A DNA stretch of 61,962 nt, the filler included, from Choristocarpus tenellus KU-1152 (Eukaryota; Protista; Phaeophyceae), in the NCBI GenBank assembly GCA_964200185.2. It is 11 parts of 11 records of this genome, joined end to end, with 100 filler letters (N's around TTAATTAATTAA, not from the genome) between each part and the next. Parts side by side here need not be neighbours in the genome. Positions count along the whole stretch, not along the records: positions 54,072 to 61,962 come from CAXNAD020005437.1; 10 more parts are not named here. The stretch is one strand, 5' to 3'. Positions 61,892 through 61,962 of this stretch are shown piece after piece. The first letter of the stretch is position 1. The number at the start of each line of letters is the position of its first letter. Under the pieces are notes generated by a model that searched no databases, was not told the DNA's origin, and saw only the letters and a list, made by a program, of their open reading frames with translations. A program made the position numbers and the translations under genes.

Positions 61892-61962
61892 GGCTCAAAT
61901 TATCTGGGAGGGGGTGGCGGCTGTCCATTTGGGGTCAATTTTTTCATGTCGCGATTTTTGGG
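61892..61962. mobile_element. MITE family B left end (window end)
   Basis: GGCTCAAATTATCTGGGAGGGGG..GGCTGTCCATTTGGGG matches 21061 and 34582. Confidence 0.75.

Overview
Eukaryotic, intron-rich, repeat-rich DNA, most likely from a photosynthetic, flagellated stramenopile (brown-alga-like). This is inferred from a bipartite plastid presequence, a DNAJB13/RSP16-type gene and TTAGGG-type repeats. The window is not one locus: 11 contigs/scaffolds are joined by an artificial 100-bp spacer (N44-TTAATTAATTAA-N44). Host genes reconstructed by hand from GT-AG exons: a plastid-type DEAD(DEVD)-box helicase head-to-head with a DNAJB13-like Hsp40, a complete COQ2, a RanBP2 zinc-finger exon, a small 2-TM protein, a ParB/Srx-like gene and the 3' end of an unknown gene. 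The main finding is largely invisible in the ORF track: 15 small exons (34201-42548) splice in frame to about 521 aa. They encode a bacterial-type family-1 (sugar ABC transporter) solute-binding domain followed by the Cys-rich linker that precedes the 7TM of class-C-GPCR-like receptors, i.e. a probable SBP-receptor fusion cut off by the contig end. Mobile DNA includes a spliced DUF7869/Sola-like DDD transposase pseudogene, two related MITE families (family A has 4-bp TSDs), and copia, gypsy, RTE-like, CRE-like and pogo-like relics.
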